From positions 160,001 to 224,000 of the forward strand of contig JBPOGH010000003.1 in NCBI GenBank assembly GCA_051252135.1: a DNA stretch of 64,000 nucleotides, written 5' to 3'. How positions within the stretch are numbered: the stretch's first letter is position 1; each line of letters opens with the position of its first letter. Positions 28,682 through 37,876 of the stretch are shown here, one piece after another. Made by a program: the position numbers and the translations under genes. This DNA comes from Verrucomicrobiaceae bacterium. GTDB lineage: Bacteria; Verrucomicrobiota; Verrucomicrobiia; Verrucomicrobiales; Akkermansiaceae. The notes under the pieces are model-generated. The model was not told the DNA's origin and did not search any database. It saw only the letters and a list, made by a program, of their open reading frames with translations.

Positions 28682-29797
28682 ATGTCTCTCACCGCACGCG
28701 GCGCCGCCCTCATCGGGGCTTCGTGTGCCCTCCTCATCCTCGGTATTCTCAAAATCGACGGCGCCCTCATCGCCATCGGTGCCGCCGGCATCCTCCTCTT
28801 CATCGTCGTCATCCTCATCGGACGACTCAACCTCTCCCGCCTCACCATCGCCATCGAGGCCCCCGCCCGCGTCTTCGCCGATACCGCCTTCGACTTCCGC
28901 CTCACCCTCCTCAACCCCCGCCATTTCCTCGATGCCCAAGGCATCAAAATGAAACTCTCCCTCTCCGGCCGCGCCCACATCCACAGCCACGCCGCCTGGA
29001 CCGCCGCCCGCTCCTCCTCCACTTCCAAACTCCGCGGCTCCATCCCCACCCGCGGCGCCGTCAAAAACCACCCCTGCCAGCTCACTTCCACCTTCCCCCT
29101 CGGCATCCTCGAGCACCGCCGCACCACCAGCGTCACCCGCGAGATGCTCGTCTTCCCACGCTCCCTCGTCCCCAGGGAATTCTTCTCCTCCGGCGAGTTC
29201 GATGACGCCTGGGAGGGCACCGGCCACCAATCCGGCGACTCCCCCGGCGAACCCCGCGGCCTCCGCCCCTTCCGCCCCGGCGACCCCGCCAAAAACATCC
29301 ACTGGCCCGCCACCATGCGCTCCCTCGCCCGCGGCCGCTCCCCCCGCGTCCGCGAGTTCGACCCACCCGGCTTCCGCCCCCGCCGCGCCACCGTCCTCTT
29401 CCACTCCTTCGGAACCGATGGCGCCCTCATCCGCACCGACTACTTCGAGCGCGCACTCTCCCTCCTCTGCGGCACCCTTCGCCACCTCCGCCGCATCGGC
29501 GTCCCCGCCTCCCTCACCGCCGACTTCCTCTCCTGGCAAACCGCCCCCACCTTCCAGTCCCACGATTGGAATGAAACCCTCACCCTCCTCGCCCGCTGCC
29601 AACGCACCCCGGACACCGAGGCCCACGACCTCCTCGCCGCCATCCACGCCGCCCCTCCCGGCGACGCCCTCCTCATCGTCTCCGACATGCCCCCCGAATC
29701 CTGGCAAAACATCCTCCCGGATCGCTCCGTCCTCATCGTCGACATCCGCCAGCACCACTTCGCCAACAAATCCCTCAGCTTCCGCAAAATCGGATGA
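28682..29797 (+). CDS. DUF58 domain protein
   Basis: Two N-terminal TMs, FPLG, GLRPFRPGDPAKNIHWPAT, VREFD, FERALS. Confidence 0.88.
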   Translation: MSLTARGAALIGASCALLILGILKIDGALIAIGAAGILLFIVVILIGRLNLSRLTIAIEAPARVFADTAFDFRLTLLNPRHFLDAQGIKMKLSLSGRAHIHSHAAWTAARSSSTSKLRGSIPTRGAVKNHPCQLTSTFPLGILEHRRTTSVTREMLVFPRSLVPREFFSSGEFDDAWEGTGHQSGDSPGEPRGLRPFRPGDPAKNIHWPATMRSLARGRSPRVREFDPPGFRPRRATVLFHSFGTDGALIRTDYFERALSLLCGTLRHLRRIGVPASLTADFLSWQTAPTFQSHDWNETLTLLARCQRTPDTEAHDLLAAIHAAPPGDALLIVSDMPPESWQNILPDRSVLIVDIRQHHFANKSLSFRKIG

Positions 29798-30840
29798 GCC
29801 TCCTCCCCAAAGATCGCCCCGCCCTCTTCCTCGCCCCCATGCAGGACGTCACCGACCTCCCCTTCATCCGGGTCATGGCCGCCATGGGCGGTGCCGATGT
29901 CTACGTCACCGAGTACTTCCGCGTCTACGAGAACTCCCGCCTCGACCCCTACATCCTCCGCTCCATCACCGAAAACCCCACCGGCCAACCCATCATCGCC
30001 CAAATGATCGGCCAACACCCCGGCGCCCTCGTCCACATCATCAACGAGCTCAAAAAACACCCCGTAGCCGGCATCGACCTCAACCTCGGCTGCCCCGCCC
30101 CCGTCGTCTGCCGCAAGGACGCCGGCGGCGGACTCCTCCGCAACCCCGATAAAATCGATCACCTCCTCGGCACCCTCCGCGCCGCCTGCGGCGACACCCC
30201 CTTCACCGTCAAAACCCGCGTCGGCTACGAATCACCCGACGAGTTCGACACCCTCCTCAGCGTCTTCAAAAAACACGACATCGCCCTCCTCACCATCCAC
30301 GGCCGCACCGTCAAAGAACGCTACCAAACCCCCGTCCACCCCGAAAAAATACGCCAAGCCGCTGCCGAGCTCCCCTGCCCCGTCATCGCCAACGGCAACG
30401 TCGTCAATCTCGCCACCGGCCTAACCTACCTTCAGGAAACAAACGCCGCCGGCCTCATGATCGGACGCGGCGCCATCCGCCACCCCTGGCTCTTCTCCCA
30501 ACTCCGCGCCTCCTTCCTCGGTCAAAAAATTCCCCAGGTCACCGGACGCATGATCCTCGAATACATCACCCTCCTCTATCAGGAGACCGCCCGCGAGCAC
30601 ACTGACTTCATCGAATCCAAACACGTCCAAAAGATGAAACGCTACCTCGTCTACATCGTCCAGGGCCACACCCCCGACTTCGAGCACGCCATCCGCCGCG
30701 TCAAAACCCCCGACGAATTCTTCTCCACCTGCCACACCTTCCTCGACCACCACGACCCCGCCCCCGACCTCCCACCCGAAAACTCCAAACTCTTCTGCGG
30801 CTTCTCCCAGTTCCTCCCCTCAACCAAGCCTTCAACTTAA
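29794..30840 (+). CDS. tRNA-dihydrouridine synthase family protein
   Basis: [29 protein letters not shown]. Confidence 0.92.
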   Translation: MSLLPKDRPALFLAPMQDVTDLPFIRVMAAMGGADVYVTEYFRVYENSRLDPYILRSITENPTGQPIIAQMIGQHPGALVHIINELKKHPVAGIDLNLGCPAPVVCRKDAGGGLLRNPDKIDHLLGTLRAACGDTPFTVKTRVGYESPDEFDTLLSVFKKHDIALLTIHGRTVKERYQTPVHPEKIRQAAAELPCPVIANGNVVNLATGLTYLQETNAAGLMIGRGAIRHPWLFSQLRASFLGQKIPQVTGRMILEYITLLYQETAREHTDFIESKHVQKMKRYLVYIVQGHTPDFEHAIRRVKTPDEFFSTCHTFLDHHDPAPDLPPENSKLFCGFSQFLPSTKPST

Positions 30841-30932
30841 AACAAATCCCCCCTCTCCGGGCAGGGACGCCTTTCCAAGCCGTCCGACTCCTCCCACCCC
30901 GCCCCCACCAAAGCCCCCCCCCCGCAAAACAC

Positions 30933-30995
30933 CTCCCACCTCCCACCTCCCACCTCCCAATTCCCAATTCCCAATTCCCAATTCCTAATTCCTAA
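30933..30995. repeat. Heptamer tandem repeat with stepwise unit drift
   Basis: (CTCCCAC)3 CTCCCAA (TTCCCAA)3 (TTCCTAA)2. Confidence 0.9.
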
Positions 30996-31016
30996 TTCCA
31001 CTCCCCCCCTCCTTCA

Positions 31017-31100
31017 TGCTGCCAAAGGCAGCAAACATCCAAAGCATGGGGCTTCAGCCCCATGTCCCCTCACCTCCACAACCGCATGCTGAAGGCATGC
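31017..31100 (+). repeat. Three-hairpin REP-like element (divergent sequence)
   Basis: TGCTGCC-AAA-GGCAGCA; AAAG then CATGGGGC-TTCA-GCCCCATG; GCATGCT-GAA-GGCATGC. Confidence 0.75.
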
Positions 31101-31357
31101 CACACCCTTGCCCAACCCCTAAAGGCCACCTCATAAATACCTCATGAGCATCTTTGCGTATGCGCATGACATCAGGACAGTCCATCCCATAGATCCACCA
31201 TTGCCCCGCGAATCGATTTGCCTACGGCGTGTATTTTTCCGCCGTGATGAGGCTCGCTGGGATAGCGGTCTAATTTCATTTTAAACCACCTTTATCCTTA
31301 GGGATCTTTAGCTTTCAAGCTTTACAAATTACATATCTTCGCTCATAAGGTGTTCAA

Positions 31358-32305
31358 ATGAAAAGCCTTAGCCTATTTTTACCCCTGTTGCTGGGTTCTT
31401 CCCTTGTGGAAGGACAGGTGCTGTGGGCAGTCGATGAGACGAATTTGAATGCGCTCTACGGCTTCACCGATTTCTACGGACCGGGGGCAGCACCCAATTA
31501 TACCAACTATGGCTCGCTCCTATACAACAACGGCGTTGCCTGGGTCGATTTTGACGGAAAGGACATCGAGTCGTTCGCAATCTCCAATGCGAACATCGCC
31601 TACATGGTCGTGAATGGAAAAATCACCATTACCGGAAATGAACATCGCCGGGCGCTGATGTCTCTCGATTTGAATCAGACGCTGAGTTCGGGCTCGGTTC
31701 AGACGAACTTTATCGCGAACCTGGGAGGCTCGGACGACGCCTTCGAGGCCTTGACCTTCAGTAATGATGATGGCTTCCTTTACATGGGCTATTCTCCGAT
31801 TGCCGACGCGAACAGCTCCGACACCACCCCGGATCAGCTCTGGCGGGTGAGTCCAACCACCGGGGCCACCACCATTATGGGAGATCTTACCGGCCTTGGT
31901 CAGTCAGTGGGCTACCTCGACGGGATGGATTTCGCGGGATCGAAGCTCTATGCCTTCGATAACAATGATGATCATCTCTATGAGATCAATCCGGCCACCG
32001 GAGCCATCATTGCCGTTTCCGATAACAATGTTCTCGGCGGTCTCGATGCCAGCGCCGATATCGAAACGCTCGCTTGGGATCCAAACACCGGAAAGCTGCT
32101 GGCCATTGATAACGGGAAACAGTGGATCGTGGAAATCACGACAGGCACCAATGGAGGAAACATGAACCTCACCCGCTTCCGGGATGACCTTGGAAGCTTG
32201 GTCGATTTCGAAGGCAGTGGAATTCTGGGTGCTGTTCCCGAACCATCCAATATCGCTTGTCTGGCAATAGGCCTTTTCGGGCTCTCTCTGCGACGGAAGC
32301 GCTAG
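31358..32305 (+). CDS. PEP-CTERM protein with probable beta-propeller
   Basis: Signal peptide; repeated blades (EALTF, DGMDF, ETLAW; LYEINPATG); VPEPSN...RRKR. Confidence 0.85.
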   Translation: MKSLSLFLPLLLGSSLVEGQVLWAVDETNLNALYGFTDFYGPGAAPNYTNYGSLLYNNGVAWVDFDGKDIESFAISNANIAYMVVNGKITITGNEHRRALMSLDLNQTLSSGSVQTNFIANLGGSDDAFEALTFSNDDGFLYMGYSPIADANSSDTTPDQLWRVSPTTGATTIMGDLTGLGQSVGYLDGMDFAGSKLYAFDNNDDHLYEINPATGAIIAVSDNNVLGGLDASADIETLAWDPNTGKLLAIDNGKQWIVEITTGTNGGNMNLTRFRDDLGSLVDFEGSGILGAVPEPSNIACLAIGLFGLSLRRKR

Positions 32306-32529
32306 GGAAGCTCTGCCGCATGTCATTTTGACGACGGGCAAGGCACGAGGAGAGACAATGATGATCAGCGACTCTCTGAGCATTGCAGCCAGCCCTCAAA
32401 TCACCCTCATCCCGATTCCGGAGGCAGAAAACCCCTCCTCACCTCATCCTCCCGAACGGAATCCAAGATTCCCATTGACTTCGAGACCCCAAGGCGAGAC
32501 GGTCGGGAGTCAAGTAACTGGGATTAATT

Positions 32530-32742
32530 GTGCAACAGGACGTTTTACATACAGAGAAAATCATCGCGGATCGGAAAATCTTCTTCCTTGATCTAAAGGA
32601 GAACCAACGTGGCCGCGTGGTCAAGATCACCGAGGATGTCGGGGGAAATCGCGACACCATCATGGTTCCTGCCGAGATTTTGGGGGACTTCATCGCCGCG
32701 CTCTCCGATATCAAGGAGACCGCCGATCAGGACGAAGAGTAG
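32530..32742 (+). CDS. PUR-domain (PurA-like) ssDNA/RNA-binding protein
   Basis: 70 aa, GTG start; KIFFLDLKENQRGRVVKITE matches the PUR repeat pattern. Confidence 0.82.
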   Translation: MQQDVLHTEKIIADRKIFFLDLKENQRGRVVKITEDVGGNRDTIMVPAEILGDFIAALSDIKETADQDEE

Positions 32743-32772
32743 CCTACCCGGCTCTCCTCTCTCGATTCACCT

Positions 32773-32789
32773 TCGGTAAAGTTTACCGA
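32773..32789. promoter_or_regulatory. Perfect 8-1-8 palindrome, candidate operator
   Basis: TCGGTAAA-G-TTTACCGA about 60 bp upstream of the VKOR-DsbA gene. Confidence 0.4.
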
Positions 32790-32852
32790 TTGCGTTTCTT
32801 TCCGCCCACTTCCTGATTCACAACCGCTTCAGGAAGCCACACACTGGCCCCC

Positions 32853-33995
32853 ATGAAGGATCGGCCATCACTCGCCCTTGTTCGCATCTTCGCCCTCATC
32901 GGCCTCGCGATCAGCGCCTACCTCCTGATCCTCAAGCTCAACGGCACCATCAGCTCCATCAAGGGATGTGGCGACGGCGCAGGCTGCGCCAACGTCCTCG
33001 GCTCCCGCTGGTCCCAGTGGTTCGGCCTCCCCGTCAGCGCCTTCTCCTCCCTCCTCTACGCCGGACTCCTCGCCCTCACCTTCCGGCCAAAACCCAGGCT
33101 CCTCCTCACCATCGCCTGCCTCCTCGTCGGCGCCGCCCTCTGGTTCAGCGGCCTCCAGCTCCTCGTCATCAAGGCCTTCTGCCCCTGGTGCTTCGCCACC
33201 CACCTCATCGGCCTCCTCACCGCCGCCCTCATCTGGAAAACCCTCCCCTCAAAACTCCCCTTCGCCCCCGCCCTCCTCCCCGCCACCGGCGCCCTCACCA
33301 TCCTCGTCCTCGGGCAACTCTTCGGCCCCCAACCAGCGACCCACCTCATCTCCGAAGAAAAAATCGACGACTCCGAACTCAAAATCACCCCTCCAACATC
33401 CGGCACCCGCATGATCGACATGGGCATCGGCAAACTCTTCCCCCTCGGCCCCACCCCCTACCTCGGCCCCGCCGATGCCGACCACGTCGTCGTCAAATAC
33501 TTCGACTACACCTGCGGCTCCTGCCGGGATCTCGAAGGCGACCTCGAAAAACTCTTCGCCAAGCACCCCGGAAAAATCGCCGTCATCCTCAACCCCACCC
33601 CCCTCAACCGAGCCTGCAACCCCAACCTCCCCCCCGCCATCATCAACCATAAGCACGCCTGCGAGCTCGCCCGCCTTTCCCTCGCCGCCTGGATCGCCAA
33701 ACCCGAAGCCTTCCCCGAGGTCCACAAATTCCTCTTCTCCCGACCCGTCCTCACCTTCGACCAAGCAAAACCCCAGGTCGCCCAACTCGTCGGAGCCACC
33801 GCCCTCGAAGCCGCCCTCAAAAGCCCCCGCATCAACACCCTCCTCGCCTCCAACACCAACGACTTCCGCCAGCTCGTCTCCAAAAGCCCCCGTATGCCCA
33901 AGCTCCTCATCGGAAAAGGCCGCGTCATGCAAGGCCTCATGAAAGACAGCAACGCCTTCATCGCCGGCATGGAAAAAGAGCTCTCCCTCAAATAA
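32853..33995 (+). CDS. Vitamin K epoxide reductase family protein fused to a DsbA/thioredoxin domain
   Basis: CGDGAGCANVL-S loop, CPWC in TM region, FDYTCGSC in soluble domain. Confidence 0.9.
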   Translation: MKDRPSLALVRIFALIGLAISAYLLILKLNGTISSIKGCGDGAGCANVLGSRWSQWFGLPVSAFSSLLYAGLLALTFRPKPRLLLTIACLLVGAALWFSGLQLLVIKAFCPWCFATHLIGLLTAALIWKTLPSKLPFAPALLPATGALTILVLGQLFGPQPATHLISEEKIDDSELKITPPTSGTRMIDMGIGKLFPLGPTPYLGPADADHVVVKYFDYTCGSCRDLEGDLEKLFAKHPGKIAVILNPTPLNRACNPNLPPAIINHKHACELARLSLAAWIAKPEAFPEVHKFLFSRPVLTFDQAKPQVAQLVGATALEAALKSPRINTLLASNTNDFRQLVSKSPRMPKLLIGKGRVMQGLMKDSNAFIAGMEKELSLK

Positions 33996-34030
33996 AAAAG
34001 CCGCACCGGATAAATCCGGCACGGCCTTTT
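33994..34030. terminator. Probable bidirectional intrinsic terminator
   Basis: A-tract, GCCG-CA-CCGGA-TAAA-TCCGG-CA-CGGC, CTTTT between convergent genes. Confidence 0.65.
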
Positions 34031-34047
34031 GAAACTCAATGGAGCGC

Positions 34048-34923
34048 TTAGCTCCGCTTCCGGCGCGACCCAAGGAAGACCAACCCGGCAAGACTCAGCA
34101 CCACCGAACTCGGCTCGGGAATCGCCTCAAGCGTGAAACCAATATCCTGCAGAGATCCTCGCGTCATCTCGCTGAAAAAGTCGGTTCCAGGCGCAGCCCA
34201 TCCCGTCATCAACTCGTTGCGCATATCATTCCCGGTTCCCACTTGCACGATGCCAGTCGCAGTCTGACCAAAGTCATCCTCCTCGTTCCAGTGGCCATGC
34301 GCGGTCCCGCTACCACCGCCAAGCTCCACCGGAATAAAGGCCGCACCACCCTGGCCCACAAACTCCGCCTGATAGGCCGCCAGCGCATTCGCACCCACAT
34401 ATTCACCGGGTGTTCCTCCCGTAAGAGTCCGGTTATGGTTTGCAGCCACCCCATCGTTGTAAACTTCATTGTCCTCCCACAGCGTTCCAATCCCCAACGC
34501 ATGACCCATCTCGTGCTTGATCGTATCAAGACTCAGCGTCCCCGCATCCGGGTGCGTGTTGAACTGGGCCTGCCCACCGGTCGAAATGATGAATCGCTCA
34601 TTCGATGGAGCCGAGCCCGACACCACATTCGAATAAATCAACCCGTTCGGACCGGCACTTCCCAAAAGAACGCCACCACCACTCGCTGCTTGCGAAAACG
34701 TATCCACATTGAGAGTCCAGCTTCTCGACTGCAAATCCTGATGGTCATCGATCACCGAATCCCAAAAGGCCACCGCATCTGAGAAATTCTGCTTATCCGA
34801 TGCCGATAAATCAGCATCTGCTTGCGCCGAATAACTCAGACTAAATGAAATCGCTGCACTTGCTGGCATTGCTGCCAACGCAGCAAGTCCCCCGACTTTG
34901 ATGATCTTAAACCCCCAAGACAT
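34048..34923 (-). CDS. PEP-CTERM-anchored zinc metalloprotease, leishmanolysin (M8)-like
   Basis: HEMGHALGIG, GHWNE, NELMTG Met-turn; IPEPSS...RRKR; likely ATG 34923. Confidence 0.82.
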   Translation of the reverse strand: MSWGFKIIKVGGLAALAAMPASAAISFSLSYSAQADADLSASDKQNFSDAVAFWDSVIDDHQDLQSRSWTLNVDTFSQAASGGGVLLGSAGPNGLIYSNVVSGSAPSNERFIISTGGQAQFNTHPDAGTLSLDTIKHEMGHALGIGTLWEDNEVYNDGVAANHNRTLTGGTPGEYVGANALAAYQAEFVGQGGAAFIPVELGGGSGTAHGHWNEEDDFGQTATGIVQVGTGNDMRNELMTGWAAPGTDFFSEMTRGSLQDIGFTLEAIPEPSSVVLSLAGLVFLGSRRKRS

Positions 34924-34999
34924 AAGGGGGAGACTGTCAGCATTTCTTAAAGGGACAAGAAATCTTTTGCCTTTTGACATTTAGGTGCGTCAAGAAACC

Positions 35000-36001
35000 T
35001 TAATCTTCCTTCACCAATTCCATTCCCAGAAATCCTTCGTACGCAGCCACATCGATCCAGAAATTGTGCTTCAACTCCACCACCTCGATTGCCGTCCCCT
35101 CCGCATTCCAGCGCAATCCCAACGTGACCGGCTGCGACGCCCGCGCCGGAACAATCTCCTTCAACTTCGGAGCCACCTCCGAATCCCGCCGAAAATATCC
35201 CGGGAAACTCAACTCCGACCCCCTCGTCGTCACCATACAAAACCCATGCTCGCCCTCGGCCGGAAGACCCGGCTGATACTGCGCCCGACTCACATAAACC
35301 CGCATCATCTTCTTCTCCCGCGGCTTCAATTTACAAAACTCCTCCCAATCCATCTCGCTCAACGCCACCGACGCCTCCCAATCAATCAACATCCCATCCC
35401 TCCCTGGCAGCAAATTATACACCCACCCGCTTTTCCCGTCCGCCTCCATCGCAATCACCGCCTCCATCGCCAAGCCCCGAAAAGACGCCGGCAAACTCTC
35501 CAGCACCTCGCCAAATCCATTCGGCGTCTTCGCACCCGGCCTCCCATAATATTCCTCCATCTTCCCCAGCATCCACCTCCCTCCCACCACATATTGGCAG
35601 CGCTCCTCATGACTTTTCGCCTCCATAAATCCCCTCACCACCCTCTCCACCTCCGCCTTCACTTCCTCCACGCTCGCCGTCTCCGAAAATAGCTTCCCCG
35701 CATCAAGCGATTCCCGCGCCTCCCTCTCCTGACGGGGAATAACCACATAATTCACCACCGCCGCCGTCACCCCTACCAGCACCAACAGCGCCGCCACCAC
35801 CATCACCCGCCAACGCCATCCGCCTGAACGCTCATCCTTCCACCCCTCCTCCGGATCAGCTTCCTCCGCCTTCTCCACCGCCCGTTGTGTCGCCTTCTCA
35901 CTCCGCAACCGATCCCCCTGAAACATCTCCAGACTCCGCCCCCGACGATCCTCGGCACGCAGACGTCCGGATGGTTTCTCTTCCGGGGGTTCCTCGCTCA
36001 T
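35000..36001 (-). CDS. Hypothetical single-pass membrane protein
   Basis: 333 aa, one TM helix, ID.WEA motif, native codon bias. Confidence 0.75.
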   Translation of the reverse strand: MSEEPPEEKPSGRLRAEDRRGRSLEMFQGDRLRSEKATQRAVEKAEEADPEEGWKDERSGGWRWRVMVVAALLVLVGVTAAVVNYVVIPRQEREARESLDAGKLFSETASVEEVKAEVERVVRGFMEAKSHEERCQYVVGGRWMLGKMEEYYGRPGAKTPNGFGEVLESLPASFRGLAMEAVIAMEADGKSGWVYNLLPGRDGMLIDWEASVALSEMDWEEFCKLKPREKKMMRVYVSRAQYQPGLPAEGEHGFCMVTTRGSELSFPGYFRRDSEVAPKLKEIVPARASQPVTLGLRWNAEGTAIEVVELKHNFWIDVAAYEGFLGMELVKED

Positions 36002-36120
36002 TGTCCGCCCAAGTTATCTCCCGCCCCTCGCTCTCACAATCACCAAGCAACACCATTTTCACAAATGACGTCGACAGAGTGATAGGCATCCGCAAAGGTC
36101 CCGGTAACATACCAAACTTT

Positions 36121-36345
36121 ATGAAGAAAACTTGGATCATCATCGCCGTGTTCCTGCTCCTCGCAGTGCTTCATCAGGACGTCTGGAATTGGGACAAAGC
36201 CGACCTCGTCTTCGGCTTCATGCCCATCGGCTTGGCATATCACGCCGCCTACTCCCTTGTCGCCGCTGCCTTCTGGACCATCGTCATGAAAGTCGCCTGG
36301 CCGACTCATCTCGAAGAATGGGCGGACGAAAACAACCAAGACTAA
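36121..36345 (+). CDS. Small membrane partner of solute symporter (DUF3311-like)
   Basis: 74 aa from ATG 36121, LHQDVWNW...FGFMPIGLAYH; 4 nt upstream of the symporter. Confidence 0.85.
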   Translation: MKKTWIIIAVFLLLAVLHQDVWNWDKADLVFGFMPIGLAYHAAYSLVAAAFWTIVMKVAWPTHLEEWADENNQD

Positions 36346-36349
36346 GACC

Positions 36350-37876
36350 ATGACCACCGTAATCGTCATCTGCCTCTACCTCACCGTCCTCCTCGGTCTC
36401 GCCCTCTTTTCCAAAACCCTCTTCCGGGGCACCTCCAAGGACTACTTCGTCGCCAGCCACTCCATCGGCCCCTTCATGCTCCTCATGTCGGTCTTTGGCA
36501 CCACCATGACCGCCTTCGCCCTCGTCGGATCCACCGGTGAGGCCTTCGAGCGCGGCATCGGCACCTACGGCCTCCTCGCCTCCTCCTCCGGACTCATCCA
36601 TGCCGCCTGCTTCTTCATGATCGGCATCAAACTCTGGGCCATCGGCAAGCGCTACGGCTACGTCACCCAGATCCAGTATTTCCGCGCCCGCTTCGATTCC
36701 AAGGGCATTGGCTACCTCCTCTTCCCCATCCTCGTGATGCTCGTCGTCCCCTACCTCCTCATCGGCATCATCGGCACCGCCAAGACCATCGTCGGCGTCA
36801 CCGTCGAAAAGGTCACCCCCAAGGGCGTCATCCCCGGCACCTTCCCCGAGTTCTTCGAATCCACCAACGGAGCCGTCCCACCCTGGCTTTCCGGCCTCAT
36901 CGTCAGCCTCGTCGTCCTCACCTACATCTTCGCCGGAGGCTCCCGCGCCACCGCCTGGGCCAACACCTTCCAAACCCTCTTCTTCATGATCATGGGAGTC
37001 GTCGTGGTCTACATGGTCTCCCAAAAGCTCGGCGGATTCTCCGCCGCCATGGAAGCCGCCAAGGACTCCCACAAGGTCCGCACCCTCTCGGCCGATGGCC
37101 ACGTCGGCGTCCCCAAGCTCACCTTCCTCAGTTACATGTTCGTCCCCCTCAGCGTCGGCATGTTCCCCCACCTCTTCCAGCATTGGCTCACCGCACGCAG
37201 CGCGAAATCGTTCAAGCTCACCGTCATCGCCCACCCCATCTTCATCGCCATCGTCTGGGTCCCCTGCGTCCTCCTCGGCACCTGGGCCACCGGCATGCCC
37301 TCCATGGAAGGCACCAAGAGCGCCGTCGTCCTCGCCAAAATGGTCAGCATCCTCATCCACGATCCCATCATCACCGGACTCGTCATCGCCAGCATCCTCG
37401 CTGCCATCATGTCCTCGCTCGACTCCCAGTTCCTCTGCCTCGGCACCATGTTCACCAACGACGTCGTCCTCTTCGGCAGCAAAAAGGAATACACCGACAA
37501 ACAAATCCTCTTCATCGCCCGCGGATTCATCGTCGGCATCGTCGCCCTCGTCTACTTCCTCTCGCTCAAGCTCATCAATAAAAACGTCTTCGACCTCGCC
37601 GTCTGGTCCTTCTCCGGATTCGCCGCCCTCACCCCGCTTGTCATCGCCTCCCTCTACTGGAAGCGCGCCACCAAGATCGGGGCCTACGCCTGCGTCATCG
37701 CCGTCTGTGTCAGCTGGATCGTCTTCTTCTCCCTCTCCGGATTCGGAGGAGAATACACCGTCTTCGGCGGAGTCGTCCCCGCCGCTGTCATGTGGATCAT
37801 CGGCGCCACCGCCATGATCATCGGCTCCCTCGTCTCACAACCACCGAGCGAAAAAACCGTCGCCAAGTTCTTCTAA
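36350..37876 (+). CDS. Sodium:solute symporter family protein
   Basis: DYFVA, about 13 TM segments, AAIMSSLDSQ motif. Confidence 0.93.
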   Translation: MTTVIVICLYLTVLLGLALFSKTLFRGTSKDYFVASHSIGPFMLLMSVFGTTMTAFALVGSTGEAFERGIGTYGLLASSSGLIHAACFFMIGIKLWAIGKRYGYVTQIQYFRARFDSKGIGYLLFPILVMLVVPYLLIGIIGTAKTIVGVTVEKVTPKGVIPGTFPEFFESTNGAVPPWLSGLIVSLVVLTYIFAGGSRATAWANTFQTLFFMIMGVVVVYMVSQKLGGFSAAMEAAKDSHKVRTLSADGHVGVPKLTFLSYMFVPLSVGMFPHLFQHWLTARSAKSFKLTVIAHPIFIAIVWVPCVLLGTWATGMPSMEGTKSAVVLAKMVSILIHDPIITGLVIASILAAIMSSLDSQFLCLGTMFTNDVVLFGSKKEYTDKQILFIARGFIVGIVALVYFLSLKLINKNVFDLAVWSFSGFAALTPLVIASLYWKRATKIGAYACVIAVCVSWIVFFSLSGFGGEYTVFGGVVPAAVMWIIGATAMIIGSLVSQPPSEKTVAKFF

